Of a stretch of DNA of 64,000 nt, positions 36,807 through 48,662 are shown piece after piece. How positions within the stretch are numbered: position 1 is the first letter of the stretch; every line of letters starts with the position of its first letter. This DNA comes from Chloroflexi bacterium CSP1-4. GTDB taxonomy: Bacteria > Chloroflexota > Limnocylindria > Limnocylindrales > CSP1-4. The notes beneath the pieces are model-generated. The model searched no databases. It was given only the letters and a program-made list of their open reading frames with translations, and was not told the DNA's origin. A program made the position numbers and the translations under genes. Location: assembly GCA_001443375.1 (NCBI GenBank), contig LDXM01000004.1, positions 75,266-139,265 on the forward strand, in the 5' to 3' direction.

Positions 36807-38210
36807 ATGAGAGTCACCACGTCCCCCGCCGACAGGAGCACGGTCGTGCTCGAGGTCGAGCTGCCGGCCGAACGGCTGCAGCGCTCGATCGACAGCGCCG
36901 TGCGCCACCTGGGCCGCCGCACCCGCGTGCCCGGCTTCCGCCCGGGCAAGGTGCCGCGCCCCATGCTCGAGCGTGCCCTGGGCATCCGCCGGGGCGACGA
37001 CCAGGCCACGAACCCCATCTACGACGACGCGAAGGAGCACCTCTTCGAGGCCTCCGTGGTGGAGGCGGTGGAGCAGTCCGATCTCGACATCCTGGGCATC
37101 CCGGCGCCGGAGTGGACGCGCTTCGCGGAGGGGGAGGGGGCCGCCTACCGGGTCGTGCTCCCCGTGCGCCCGGAGGTGAAGCTCGGCGCCTACGCCGACT
37201 ACCCCTTCGGTATCGAGATCGACGACGTCGACGAGACGATGGTGGACAGGGTCGTCGGGCAGGCGCGGGAGCAGCACGCGAGCCTCGTCCCGGTCGAGGA
37301 CCGCGGCGCCGAGGACGGCGACTACGCCGTCATCGGCTTCGAGGGCCGGCACGACGGAGTGCCCTTCGAGGGCGGCAAGGCAGAACGCTTCCCGCTGCGC
37401 CTCGGCTCCGAACGCATGATCCCCGGCTTCGAGGCGGCGCTGCGGGGCATGCGCGACGGCGACGAGCGCACGTTTTCCGTGACCTTCCCGGACGACTACG
37501 GGGAAGTTTCGCTGGCCGGACGACCGGTCGAGTTCACCGTGACCATGCGCGAGCTGCGCCGGCAGGAACTGCCTGCCCTGGACGACGAGTTCGCCCAATC
37601 GGTGGGCGAATACGCCGACCTCGCCGCGTTGCGCGAGGACATCCGCCTTCGGCTCCGCGCGAACGCGAAGGACCGCGCGCGCCACGTGTTCGCCGATCGG
37701 ATCATCGACTTCGCCGTCTCCAACGCCACCGTCGCGGTGCCGGACCTCCTCGTCGAGCGCGAGATCGAGGTCATGCACGACGAGCTGCGCGTGCGGCTGG
37801 CCGAGCAGAACATCGACGAGGCGACATACCTCAAGGTCATCGAGAAGACCGAGGCCCAGCTGCACGCCGAGTGGCGCGAGCCGGCCGAGAAGCGGGTCAA
37901 GACGCTGCTCGTCCTATCCGCCGTGGCGGACGCGGAGAGCGTCGAGGCGCCCGACGCGGAGATCGAGGCCGAGATCGAGCGGGCCCGCCGGCGCAACCCC
38001 GAGAATCCCAAGCTCGTGGGCTACTTCGAGTCACCGCGCGGCCGCGCCTACCTGCGCTCGACCATCCGCCGCTCGCGCGTCGTGGAACAGCTGATCGACC
38101 GCTGGCTGACCGCCCACCCCGAGGTCGGCCCCGTGCCACACCTCGAAGACGACGGACCCGCCGCAGCGGCGCCGGCCGGCCTCAGCCTCACGGAGGGAGC
38201 CCCCGCATGA
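36807..38210 (+). CDS. tig: trigger factor
   Basis: Ribosome-binding N domain, PPIase (FKBP) domain (...[40 protein letters not shown]...) and C-terminal arm. ATG is 9 nt after TATACT (36792-36797). Length is 467 aa. Confidence 0.9.
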   Translation: MRVTTSPADRSTVVLEVELPAERLQRSIDSAVRHLGRRTRVPGFRPGKVPRPMLERALGIRRGDDQATNPIYDDAKEHLFEASVVEAVEQSDLDILGIPAPEWTRFAEGEGAAYRVVLPVRPEVKLGAYADYPFGIEIDDVDETMVDRVVGQAREQHASLVPVEDRGAEDGDYAVIGFEGRHDGVPFEGGKAERFPLRLGSERMIPGFEAALRGMRDGDERTFSVTFPDDYGEVSLAGRPVEFTVTMRELRRQELPALDDEFAQSVGEYADLAALREDIRLRLRANAKDRARHVFADRIIDFAVSNATVAVPDLLVEREIEVMHDELRVRLAEQNIDEATYLKVIEKTEAQLHAEWREPAEKRVKTLLVLSAVADAESVEAPDAEIEAEIERARRRNPENPKLVGYFESPRGRAYLRSTIRRSRVVEQLIDRWLTAHPEVGPVPHLEDDGPAAAAPAGLSLTEGAPA

Positions 38211-38953
38211 CCCGACACCCGATCCCGACTCGCCGAGCGGCCCATGCCGCCGCGCGGGAGACGACGCGGGCCGCGCTGGGTGGTTCGGCCGCGCTGGCCG
38301 CTGCCTTCGAGACCCGGGCCATGCTCGTGCCCATGGTCATCGAGAGCAGCAGCCGGGGCGAGCGCGCCTACGACATCTACAGCCGGCTGCTGAAGGAGCG
38401 CATCATCTTCCTCGGCGACACCATCGAGGACCACGTCGCCAACCTCATCATCGCCCAGCTGCTCTTCCTCGAATCGGAGGACCCGGACAAGGACATCAAC
38501 CTCTACATCAACTCGCCCGGCGGCGTGGTCACCTCGGGCCTCGCCATCTACGACACGATGGAGTACCTGCGCGCGCCGGTGGCCACGATCTGCATCGGCA
38601 TGGCCGCCAGCATGGCCTCGGTGCTGCTGGCGGCAGGTGCCAAGGGCAAGCGCTACTCACTGCCCAACAGTCGGATCATGATCCATCAGGGGTCGGGCGG
38701 CTTCCGTGGCAACACGCCCGACGTGCTCATCCAGGTCAGGGAACTCGAGACGCTCAGCGAGCGACTCCACGAGATCCTCGCCCAGCACACGGGCCAGCCG
38801 GTGGAAAAGGTCAGGAGGGACACCGACCGGGACTATTTCATGAGTCCCGAACAGGCCCGGTCCTATGGCATCATCGACGAGGTGATGGCCCGGCCGGGCG
38901 TCTCGCTCATCGCCAAGGCGAAGGACGAGCGCGCCAAGGCCGGCGAAGGCTGA
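38207..38953 (+). CDS. clpP: ATP-dependent Clp protease proteolytic subunit (single copy, with about 38-aa N-terminal extension)
   Basis: Motifs [30 protein letters not shown], ...[18 protein letters not shown]..., ...MIHQ.... ATG overlaps the tig stop (ATGA) with GGAGGGAG SD. An alternative start at 38321 (MLVPMV) would give a canonical N-terminus. Confidence 0.9.
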   Translation: MTRHPIPTRRAAHAAARETTRAALGGSAALAAAFETRAMLVPMVIESSSRGERAYDIYSRLLKERIIFLGDTIEDHVANLIIAQLLFLESEDPDKDINLYINSPGGVVTSGLAIYDTMEYLRAPVATICIGMAASMASVLLAAGAKGKRYSLPNSRIMIHQGSGGFRGNTPDVLIQVRELETLSERLHEILAQHTGQPVEKVRRDTDRDYFMSPEQARSYGIIDEVMARPGVSLIAKAKDERAKAGEG

Positions 38954-38979
38954 CCGAGCGGAGGCCGGACGGGAGCAGC

Positions 38980-40281
<1,302 letters not shown>

Positions 40282-40294
40282 GCCCGCGGCGACC

Positions 40295-41548
40295 GTGACC
40301 GAGCGGGCGCACGCCGAGCGGCTCGACGCCGCCGACCCCCTGCGCGGCCTGCGCGCCGCCTTCGAGATCCCGGAGCCCGAGCCGATCTACCTCGACGGCA
40401 ACTCGCTGGGGCGGCTGCCGAAGGCGACGCTGGAGCGGCTGAGTGCGCTCGTGCGCGACGATTGGGGCGGGCGCGTCGTGCGCGGTTGGGACGCCTGGAT
40501 GGAGCTGCCGGTCCGCGTTGGCGATGCGCTCGCGGCCGGGTTCCTGGGAGCGCGACCGGGCGAGGTCATCGTCAGCGACTCGACGACGGTGAACCTCTAC
40601 AGGCTGGCCGTGGCCGCCCTCCAGGCGCGGCCGGGGCGGCGGGTCGTCCTTGCCGCCGCCGACGAGTTCCCCACCGACCGCTACGTGCTGGGAGGGCTGG
40701 CCGAGGCGCGCGGTCTGGAGCTGCGCCTGCTGGAGACCGACCCGGTCGAGGGCGTCGCCGTGGGTGACGTCGCGACGGCGCTCGGGCCGGATGTCGCGCT
40801 CGTCTGCCTCTCGCACGTCAACTATCGCTCCGGCGCCCTCGCCGACATGGCCGCCATCACGGCCGCTGTCCAGGGGGCCGGGGCGATGATGCTCTGGGAC
40901 CTCAGTCACGCGGTCGGCGCGGTGCCCATCGATCTCAACGGGGCCGGTGCGCAGCTGGCGGTCGGCTGCACCTACAAGTACCTCAACGGCGGTCCCGGGG
41001 CGCCGGCCTTCCTGTACGTGCGACGCGAGCTGCAGGACGTCCTGCGCCAGCCCATCCAGGGCTGGTTCGGTCAGCGTGACCAGTTCGCCATGGGCCATCC
41101 CTACGATCCCCAGCCGGGCATCGGCCATTTCCTCACCGGCACGCCGTCCGTGCTCGGGTTGGTGGCCATCGAAGCCGGCGTCGAAGTGCTGGCACGGGCG
41201 GGGATCGAGGCGCTGCGCGCCAAGAGCACGGCCCTGACAGAGCTGGTGATCGCGCTCTGGAGGGCGTGGCTCGAGCCGCTCGGTTTCACGCTGGGCTCGC
41301 CGGCCGACCCGGCGCGGCGCGGCGGCCACGTCGCGCTCCGACATCCCGACGCGTACCGCATCGATCGCGCGCTCGTCGAGCGGGCCAACGTCGTGCCCGA
41401 CTTCCGCGCGCCCGATCGCATCCGCCTGGCGCCAGTCGCGGCCTACACCCGCTTCACGGAGGTCTGGGACGCCATGGATCGCCTCCGGCGGCTGGTCGAG
41501 GCCGGCGAGCGCGTCGCGCTCGATCCGGCTCGTTCGCGCGTCACGTAG
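40295..41548 (+). CDS. kynU: kynureninase
   Basis: Motifs ...IYLDGNSLG..., ...WGGRVVRGWDAW..., ...GCTYKYLNGGPGAPAF.... Class V PLP fold of the kynureninase family. Length is 417 aa. Confidence 0.8.
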   Translation: MTERAHAERLDAADPLRGLRAAFEIPEPEPIYLDGNSLGRLPKATLERLSALVRDDWGGRVVRGWDAWMELPVRVGDALAAGFLGARPGEVIVSDSTTVNLYRLAVAALQARPGRRVVLAAADEFPTDRYVLGGLAEARGLELRLLETDPVEGVAVGDVATALGPDVALVCLSHVNYRSGALADMAAITAAVQGAGAMMLWDLSHAVGAVPIDLNGAGAQLAVGCTYKYLNGGPGAPAFLYVRRELQDVLRQPIQGWFGQRDQFAMGHPYDPQPGIGHFLTGTPSVLGLVAIEAGVEVLARAGIEALRAKSTALTELVIALWRAWLEPLGFTLGSPADPARRGGHVALRHPDAYRIDRALVERANVVPDFRAPDRIRLAPVAAYTRFTEVWDAMDRLRRLVEAGERVALDPARSRVT

Positions 41549-41572
41549 CTCGGCGCCCGGCGTCTGTCGGTC

Positions 41573-42268
41573 ATGGAGATCGCCTCCGGCGTCGACGAGG
41601 TCGAGCTTCTGGGCGCTCGCGGGTATGTGATCCTCGAAGATCGTCTGACCCTCATCGACGCTGGCCTGCCCGGATCCCGGCTGCGCCTGGCCCGCCATCT
41701 CGGCCGGATCGGCCGCTCGCTCGCCGAGCTGGAGCGGATCATCTGCACGCATGCCCACCCGGATCACGTCGGCGGCGTTCGTGAGCTCGCGAGCGACGGC
41801 GTCGAGGTGCTGATGCATCCTGCCGACATCGCGCGCGTCCAGGTGAGCCTCGGCGAGGCCGTCAGGCGCCCGTCCCGTGGCCGGTTGTTCGCGTTCGTGA
41901 CTCCGACGCCCGCCCGGCTGACACCGGTCGCGGACGGCGAGGTCCTGCCGGTGCTCGGTGGGCTGGAGGTCATCCACACGCCCGGCCACACCCCGGGCAG
42001 CATCTGCCTCTACGCGCCGCGCGAACGGCTGCTGTTCGTCGGCGACGTGCTCGAAGCGAGGCGGGGCCGGGTGACGTTCGCGAGCCCGTTCTTCAGCGAC
42101 GACGTGCGGATGGCGCGGGCGAGCGTGCAACGTCTGGCGGCCTTGAACGTCGAAACGATCGTGTTCGGCCACTATCCGCCACTGCGCCACGATGCACGCG
42201 GTGTGCTCGAGGGCCTGGCGGCGCAAGCCGCCGACGGCCGAGGAGGAGCGTCGCGATGGAGACGTTGA
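41573..42268 (+). CDS. MBL-fold metallo-hydrolase
   Basis: THAHPDHVGG, HTPGHTPGS, FVGDVL. Length is 231 aa. It overlaps the next gene by 13 nt. Confidence 0.75.
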   Translation: MEIASGVDEVELLGARGYVILEDRLTLIDAGLPGSRLRLARHLGRIGRSLAELERIICTHAHPDHVGGVRELASDGVEVLMHPADIARVQVSLGEAVRRPSRGRLFAFVTPTPARLTPVADGEVLPVLGGLEVIHTPGHTPGSICLYAPRERLLFVGDVLEARRGRVTFASPFFSDDVRMARASVQRLAALNVETIVFGHYPPLRHDARGVLEGLAAQAADGRGGASRWRR

Positions 42269-44760
42269 TCGACCTCGTGACCGAGGGCGCCGCGCGCTAT
42301 GACGACCGCCCGGCGCTGCTCATCCGGCCCAGCTTCCGCACGCGGGTCTGGCGCTACCGCGATCTGGCGGCGGTCGTGCCCCGAGCGGCCCGGGTCCTTG
42401 CGGACGCCGGGCTCAAGCCGGGCGATCGGGTCATCATCTGGGCGGTCAATCGGCCGGAGTGGGTGATCGCCTTCCTCGCCACCGCCCACGCGGGCGGTGT
42501 GACCGTCCCGCTCGACGTCCGCCACGCCCAGGAGTTCGCGGCGAAGGTCGCGGCGCAGACCGGAGCCCGCCTCGTCCTGGCCAGCCGACAGACGGCGGAC
42601 GGCGCACGATCTCTGGGGCTGCCCATCGTCTGGATCGAGTCGCTCCCCGATCAGGCCCGCCGGACGGATCCGCTCGCGGCCGCGACCATCGGACCCGACG
42701 ACCTCGCCGAGGTCGTCTTCACGAGCGGCACGACCGGCGACCCGAAGGGCGCCATGATCAGCCATCGGAATCTGCTTTCGAGCGCGAAGGGCATGGCCGC
42801 GGTCTTCCCCATCCGCCCCGCCGAGCGGCTCATCTCGGTGCTGCCGCTCTCGCATCTCTTCGAGCAGGGCATCGGCCTGATCATCCCGCTTCTCGTCGGG
42901 GCGAGCGTTGTCTACCCGGTCAGTCGCCAGCCGGCGGTCCTGTTGCGAACCTTCCGCGACTTCCAGGCGACGATGTTGCTCCTCGTCCCCCAGGGTCTGC
43001 GCCTGCTGGACAACGCCATCCTGCGCCGCGTCGACCAGGCCGGCCGGCGGTCGCTCTTCGAGTGGCTTCATCGCGTGGCCCGCGTGCTGCCGCGATCCGT
43101 GAGAAGGCTGATCTTCCGGCCGGTGCTGGCGCAGCTCGGTGGACGGCTGCACACCATCGGCGTGGGTGCGTCGGCGCTCGATCCGGCCCTCGCCACGCAC
43201 TGGACGCAGATGGGCGTGCAGGTCCTCCAGGGGTACGGCGCGACGGAGATGAGTCCGGGTATCAGCTTTACTCGTCCCACGCTGAATCGCCCGGGGACCG
43301 TGGGCCAGGCGATCCCCGGCGTGGAGATCCGCGTCGCCGACGACGGAGAGCTCCTCGTCCGCGGGCCCAACCGATTCCTCGGCTACTGGGACAACCCGGA
43401 GGCGACGGCGGCGGCCATCGATCACGAGGGCTGGTACCACACCGGCGACCTCGGCGAGCTGTCGGCCGACGGCGTCCTGACGCTGCGCGGGCGGAAGAAG
43501 GACATGCTGGCGCTGCCAGACGGCCAGAAGGTCTACCCGGATGACGTCGAGGCCGTGCTGACCCGGGATCCGCGCGTCCGTGACGCCACCGTCGTGGGCT
43601 GGCCGCTCGGCCTGGACCTCAGGGTCCACGCCGTGCTTCTGCTCGACGATCCGTCGCTGGCCGCCGCCGTCGTGCGCGACGCCAACGCCGTCCTGGGCGC
43701 CCACCAGCAGATTCGCGGCAACACCGTTTGGCCCGACGAGGACCTGCCGCGCACGCATGCGCTCAAGGTGAAGAAGCACGTCGTGCTCGAGCGGCTCGCT
43801 CAGCTGGCCGGCGCCGCCGCCGATGGGTCCCGACCGGGGGTGGCGGCATCGGCCGCGGCTTCGCAGGCGGATCCTGCGGACGCGCTCGATCCCGTCGCCG
43901 CCCTGGTCGCGCAGATCGCCCTCGTTCCCCCGTCCACGGTCACCCCGTCGGCGCGGCTGTCGAGCGACTTGAACCTCGACTCGCTCCAGCGCGTGGAGCT
44001 GCTCGGCGTGATCGAGGAGGAGTTGGGGACCTACATCGACGACGACGCCCTGGATCCGGAGGCGACGGTGGCCGACCTCTCGGCGATGGTCGCCGCGGCA
44101 GGCAGCGCGAAGCGCGAGGGCGGCATCTACGGCTGGCCGCTCAGTCCCGTATCGCGCGCCGTCGGAATGGGCCTGCAAGCCCTGGTCGTCCGTCCGTTCG
44201 TACGTCTCTTCTACCGGGTTCGCACCAGCGGGCTCGAGCGGCTCGACGGCCTCGAGGGGCCCGTCCTCTTCACTCCCAATCATTGCCTCCACCTTGACAA
44301 CGCCATCATCCTCGCGCGCCTGCCGCGCGAGTGGCGCTGGCGGCTCTCGATCGCGGCCGCGGCGGACGACATCTTCGGCAACCCGCTGCGGGGCTTCGGA
44401 GCCTCGATCCTGGCCAACGCCTTCCCGCTCGCCCGGGAGGGGGCCGTGCGACGCAGCCTCGAGCTCCTCGGCGCCCGACTCGACCGTGGCTTCAGCATCC
44501 TCATCTTCCCCGAGGGGAAGCTGACCCTGGGCGGGCCGATGCAGCCGTTCAAGGCGGGCGTCGGTCTCATCGCGGTCGAGGGCGCGACGCCCATCGTGCC
44601 CCTGAAGCTCCACATCCATCGCATGTCGCGCATCGACGGTCCCAGCCGCTGGTGGCGGGGCGACGTCGAGTTCGTCATCGGCGAGCCGCTGCGCTTCGAT
44701 GCGGACGCTGACCCGTCGGCGGCCACGACTCGCCTGGAACAGATCATGGCCGCGCTCTGA
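42256..44760 (+). CDS. tri-domain fusion: AMP-dependent fatty-acid ligase / phosphopantetheine-binding carrier domain / PlsC-type acyltransferase (LPLAT)
   Basis: AMP-binding motifs FTSGTTGDPKGAMISHRNL, GYGATE, HTGDLG, RKKDM. Carrier-domain motif DLNLDSLQRVEL at about residue 600. C-terminal acyltransferase motifs NHCLHLDNAI and FPEGK. Length is 834 aa. Confidence 0.8.
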   Translation: METLIDLVTEGAARYDDRPALLIRPSFRTRVWRYRDLAAVVPRAARVLADAGLKPGDRVIIWAVNRPEWVIAFLATAHAGGVTVPLDVRHAQEFAAKVAAQTGARLVLASRQTADGARSLGLPIVWIESLPDQARRTDPLAAATIGPDDLAEVVFTSGTTGDPKGAMISHRNLLSSAKGMAAVFPIRPAERLISVLPLSHLFEQGIGLIIPLLVGASVVYPVSRQPAVLLRTFRDFQATMLLLVPQGLRLLDNAILRRVDQAGRRSLFEWLHRVARVLPRSVRRLIFRPVLAQLGGRLHTIGVGASALDPALATHWTQMGVQVLQGYGATEMSPGISFTRPTLNRPGTVGQAIPGVEIRVADDGELLVRGPNRFLGYWDNPEATAAAIDHEGWYHTGDLGELSADGVLTLRGRKKDMLALPDGQKVYPDDVEAVLTRDPRVRDATVVGWPLGLDLRVHAVLLLDDPSLAAAVVRDANAVLGAHQQIRGNTVWPDEDLPRTHALKVKKHVVLERLAQLAGAAADGSRPGVAASAAASQADPADALDPVAALVAQIALVPPSTVTPSARLSSDLNLDSLQRVELLGVIEEELGTYIDDDALDPEATVADLSAMVAAAGSAKREGGIYGWPLSPVSRAVGMGLQALVVRPFVRLFYRVRTSGLERLDGLEGPVLFTPNHCLHLDNAIILARLPREWRWRLSIAAAADDIFGNPLRGFGASILANAFPLAREGAVRRSLELLGARLDRGFSILIFPEGKLTLGGPMQPFKAGVGLIAVEGATPIVPLKLHIHRMSRIDGPSRWWRGDVEFVIGEPLRFDADADPSAATTRLEQIMAAL

Positions 44761-44789
44761 GGACGCGTCGGGCCGTGCTACACTCCGCG

Positions 44790-45060
44790 CCTCACGGCGG
44801 GGACCGAGAGGAGTAGCGCTCCAGACGGCCGGCAGAGACCGCGGGTCAGGGCTGCGAGCCCGCGGCGGCAGGGAAGCGCGAAGGTCGCTCGCGAGTCGTG
44901 ACGGGTGGCGCCCGGTAGCGCGCCGAGAGGGCCGCGGCCCGCTCCCGACCGGGATGACCGGCCGGCGCCGCGACCGAACCAGCAGGTGGTACCACGACCC
45001 CGTTCGTCCGCTGGGACGAGCGGGGCGTTCGATTCCCGGGGCCGGAGCGGGCCCTCGGGG
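44790..45060 (+). ncRNA. T-box riboswitch leader of valS (putative GUC Val specifier)
   Basis: T-box sequence AACCAGCAGGTGGTACCACG (44977-44996). Stem I AGAGA (44834-44838). GUGA K-turn element. GAAGGUC specifier region (about 44881-44887). Competing hairpin CCCCGTTCGTC-cgctgg-GACGAGCGGGG (44998-45025) overlaps the T-box 3' end. TACACT promoter-like hexamer at 44779. SD GGAGGAGG at 45062. Confidence 0.7.
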
Positions 45061-45074
45061 CGGAGGAGGCCGGC

Positions 45075-47810
45075 GTGACCGACGGGGCGACGAAGAGCCA
45101 GGCGATGCCGAAGGCGTACGACGCGGCTGCGGCCGAGGCCGGCATCTACGCGCGCTGGCTGGCCGCCGACGTCTTCGCGCCCGACGGCGCGGGCAGCCGC
45201 GCCGACTGGTCGAAGCCGCCCTTCGTGATCATCCAGCCCCCTCCCAACATCACCGGGGCGCTCCACCTCGGCCATGCCCAGCGAACGACCGTCGAGGACG
45301 CCATGACCCGCCACGCGCGGATGACCGGACGCCCGACGCTCTGGCTGCCGGGCAAGGACCACGCCTCGATCGCCGCCCAGTTCGTGCTCGACCGGATCCT
45401 GGCCCAGGAGGGCGAGAGCCGCGAGTCGCTGGGCCGCGAGCGCTACCTGGAACGGATGCGCCGCTTCATCGACGAGACCCGCCACGTCATGACCGGGCAG
45501 CTGCAGCGCGTGGGCGCCTCGCTCGACTGGAGCCGCGAGCGCTTCACGATGGACGAGGGCTCCGCCCTGGCGGTGCGCACGGCGTTCAAGCGCCTGTACG
45601 ACGACGGCCTGGCCTACCGCGCCGAGGCGCTCGTCAACTGGTGCCCGACCTGTCGCACCAGCATCTCCGACCTGGAGACGATCGCCACCCCGGAGACGGG
45701 GACCCTGTGGACGGTCCGCTACCACCTCCTCGACGCCGCCGGGCGACCCGACCCCGACGCCTGGATCAGCGTGGCCACCACGCGCCCAGAGACGATCCTG
45801 GGCGACACGGCCGTCGCCGTCCATCCCGAGGACGAGCGCTACCGGGCCCTCGTCGGCCGGCGGGTCCTCATCCCCTTCGTCGAGCGCATCGTGCCCGTCA
45901 TCGCCGACGACATCGTGGAGCGCGGCTTCGGCACGGGTGCCGTCAAGATCACCCCCGCCCACGACACGGACGACCTCGAGACGGGTAGGCGCCATGGGTT
46001 GGCCGCCGTCACGGTCCTCGACGACGAGGCCCGCGTCAACGCCGCCGGCGGTCCCTACGCCGGCATCGACCGCTATGAAGCGCGGCAGCGGATCCTGGCC
46101 GACCTGGAAGCGATGGGCGACCTCGTGGGTTCACGGCCGCACGAGATGGTCATCGGGCGCTGCCAGCGCAGCGACGACGTGGTCGAGCCCCGTCTCAAGA
46201 CGCAGTGGTTCATCCGCGTCGCTCCGCTGTCCGCCAAGGCGCTCGCCTCCGTCCGCGAGGGCCGCGTGCGGATCCTGCCCCCCCGCTTCGAGAAGGTCTT
46301 CTTCCACTGGCTGGAGAACATCCGCGACTGGAACGTCAGCCGTCAGCTCTGGTGGGGTCATCGCATCCCGGCCTGGTACTGCCCGGACGGGCACGCCACC
46401 GTCTCCGGCCAGCTCGACGGCCCGGATGCCTGCGAGGCCTGTGGACGGCCCGCGGCCGAGCTGGTCCAGGACCCCGACATCTTCGACACGTGGTTCTCGA
46501 GCGGGCTGTGGCCCTTCTCCACGCTGGGGTGGCCGGAGCGGACGCCCGACCTGGAGCGCTTCTACCCGACCACCGTCCTCGAGACGGCCTACGAGATCCT
46601 CTTCTTCTGGGTCGCCCGGATGATGATGCTGGGTGAGTGGCTGCTCGGCGAGCCGCCGTTCGGGACCGTCTGGCTGGGTGGCCTCGTGCGGGACCCGTAC
46701 GGGGCCAAGATGTCCAAGACCAAGGGCAACGTCGAGGATCCGTTGGCGACGATCGCCGAGATCGGCGCCGACGCCCTGCGCTTCGCGCTCGTCCACGGCA
46801 TCGCCCCGGGAGCCGACGTGCGCATGAGCCGCACCAAGCTGGAGGGCGCCAGGAACTTCACCACCAAGCTCTGGAACGCGGCCCGCTTCGTGGTCGGAGC
46901 CCGACCACCCGAGGTGTCCGCGGACGCACCGCTGAGGTTGCCCACCGACGCTGATCTGGGCCCCGCCGAGCGCTGGATCCTGGGCCGCTGCGGGGCGACG
47001 ATCGAGGCCGTCTCGGCTGCCCACGAGGCCTACCAGCTGGGCGACGTGACCCGCCTGCTCTACGACGCGGTCTGGAGCGAGTACTGCGATTGGTACCTGG
47101 AGCTGGCCAAGGCTCGCCTGAGCGACGCCGACGCCACGCCGGCCGCGCGTGAGGCCACCTGGTGGACGCTCGCCTGGGTGCTCGAGCGCTACGTCCGCCT
47201 GCTTCACCCGGTGATGCCCTTCATCAGCGAGGCCGTCTGGGCGCGGCTGCCTCACGAACCGGGCGACCCCGAGTTGCTGATCGTCGCCGACTGGCCGGAC
47301 GCCGCCCGCGAGCGCGGGCTCTCCGATACGGCGACCGGGGCGGCCGTCGAGGCGCTCCTCGACCTCGTGCGCGCCGTGCGCAACGCCCGCTCCGCGGCCG
47401 AGCTGGAGGCGTCGGGCTGGTTGGAGGCGGACCTCGTGCTGCCCGACCGGGCGGTGCGCGAGGCCTACGCGGCGCTCGAAGTGCCCCTCGGCCGCCTGGC
47501 GCGGCTGCGGCCGGTGCGCGTCCATGCCGCGGCGGCGGATCTGCCGTCGGCCGCGGACGGGGGCCTGGTCGTCATCGCCGCCGCCGGTGAGGCTCGCCTC
47601 TCACGCGCCGGCGCCGACCTCGTGCGCGAGCGAGGACGCCTGGAGCGCGAGCTCGACGATGCCCGGCGGCTGCTGGCCGCGGCCGAGCACCGCGTGGCGA
47701 ACGCGGACTTCGCGGCCAAGGCGCCGCCGGCCGTCGTGGACGGAGCTCTGGCGCGCGCGACTGAGCTGCGCGAACTGGTCCGTCGCCTCGAGGAGCGCCT
47801 GCGATCATGA
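45075..47810 (+). CDS. valS: valine--tRNA ligase
   Basis: HIGH-type motif PPNITGALHLGHA, KMSKS motif KMSKTKGNV, editing domain and C-terminal coiled coil. Length is 911 aa. GTG start. Confidence 0.95.
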   Translation: MTDGATKSQAMPKAYDAAAAEAGIYARWLAADVFAPDGAGSRADWSKPPFVIIQPPPNITGALHLGHAQRTTVEDAMTRHARMTGRPTLWLPGKDHASIAAQFVLDRILAQEGESRESLGRERYLERMRRFIDETRHVMTGQLQRVGASLDWSRERFTMDEGSALAVRTAFKRLYDDGLAYRAEALVNWCPTCRTSISDLETIATPETGTLWTVRYHLLDAAGRPDPDAWISVATTRPETILGDTAVAVHPEDERYRALVGRRVLIPFVERIVPVIADDIVERGFGTGAVKITPAHDTDDLETGRRHGLAAVTVLDDEARVNAAGGPYAGIDRYEARQRILADLEAMGDLVGSRPHEMVIGRCQRSDDVVEPRLKTQWFIRVAPLSAKALASVREGRVRILPPRFEKVFFHWLENIRDWNVSRQLWWGHRIPAWYCPDGHATVSGQLDGPDACEACGRPAAELVQDPDIFDTWFSSGLWPFSTLGWPERTPDLERFYPTTVLETAYEILFFWVARMMMLGEWLLGEPPFGTVWLGGLVRDPYGAKMSKTKGNVEDPLATIAEIGADALRFALVHGIAPGADVRMSRTKLEGARNFTTKLWNAARFVVGARPPEVSADAPLRLPTDADLGPAERWILGRCGATIEAVSAAHEAYQLGDVTRLLYDAVWSEYCDWYLELAKARLSDADATPAAREATWWTLAWVLERYVRLLHPVMPFISEAVWARLPHEPGDPELLIVADWPDAARERGLSDTATGAAVEALLDLVRAVRNARSAAELEASGWLEADLVLPDRAVREAYAALEVPLGRLARLRPVRVHAAAADLPSAADGGLVVIAAAGEARLSRAGADLVRERGRLERELDDARRLLAAAEHRVANADFAAKAPPAVVDGALARATELRELVRRLEERLRS

Positions 47811-47905
47811 GGCCGCGCCCGCCCGTGGCAGCGGGGTCGAGGGCGCTGCTAGGATGGACGCGTCGGGCGAGGCCCCGACCGTCCCGATCGCGAGCTGGAG
47901 ACATC

Positions 47906-48646
47906 GTGCCCCTCGACTTCCTGAAGCGCAAAGGCCCCGACGTGAAGGCCGCCGCGCCCGCCCAGCCCGAGGCCGTCTTCGAGGAGCTCACCGCGCAGGA
48001 CTACGCGCTGAAGCTCCACTATCACGGCAAGAGCAGCGAAGGCGTGCGCATGAAGGCGGGTCCCAAGGCGCTCAACGAGCTGCCGGGCATGCTGGCCGGC
48101 CAGGCGATATCGGAGATCGAGATCATCGAGCCGCTGCCCGTGGAGTTCGCCGAGGCGACGCCCGCGATCGTGCGTCCGTCCGAGGCGATGCAGTGGCTGA
48201 ACGCCCACCACGACCTCAGTCCGATCGCCCGCCACGCATTGCTGGTGCTCGAATCGATCGGCGCGCTCGACCTCGCCTTCGACACGTTCGTCTGCGCGCT
48301 CCTGCACGGCGAGATCGATACGAGCGGCTACCCTGAGTACAACGCCATCGTGGGCGGCGTGGCCTCCCACTGGGACGAGGCGAGCGGCGACCTGATCGTG
48401 CGCGCTGTCGTCGGCTGGGGCGGGAAGGGCGTGCGCGGCGACACGGACCGCCTCGCGCAGAAGACGCTCGGCGGGCTGCTCACCAACATCCTCGCCTCCC
48501 AGTATGCCGTCGGCCTCACGCCGCTGGAGCGACCCGTCCCGGCGGCCGGTCACGGCGGCCTCGTGTGCGCCCACTGCGGTTTCGCCTCCCTGCACGATCG
48601 TGCGTTCTACTGCCCGAAGTGCGGCATGCGCTTGCTGCGCGGCTGA
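47906..48646 (+). CDS. hypothetical protein with C-terminal zinc ribbon (CAHCG...CPKCG)
   Basis: GTG at 47906 with GGAGA 4 nt upstream. Lys-containing, diverse composition, in contrast to the overlapping antisense phantom ORF. Length is 246 aa. Confidence 0.5.
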   Translation: MPLDFLKRKGPDVKAAAPAQPEAVFEELTAQDYALKLHYHGKSSEGVRMKAGPKALNELPGMLAGQAISEIEIIEPLPVEFAEATPAIVRPSEAMQWLNAHHDLSPIARHALLVLESIGALDLAFDTFVCALLHGEIDTSGYPEYNAIVGGVASHWDEASGDLIVRAVVGWGGKGVRGDTDRLAQKTLGGLLTNILASQYAVGLTPLERPVPAAGHGGLVCAHCGFASLHDRAFYCPKCGMRLLRG

Positions 48647-48662
48647 GCGGGAGCCGGAGAAC

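Noticed and set aside
38321-38953. Alternative shorter clpP (start at MLVPMV)
   Set aside because: The upstream ATG at 38207 has a strong GGAGGGAG SD and ATGA coupling to tig. N-terminal propeptides on ClpP are common. It is kept as the longer form, with the alternative noted.
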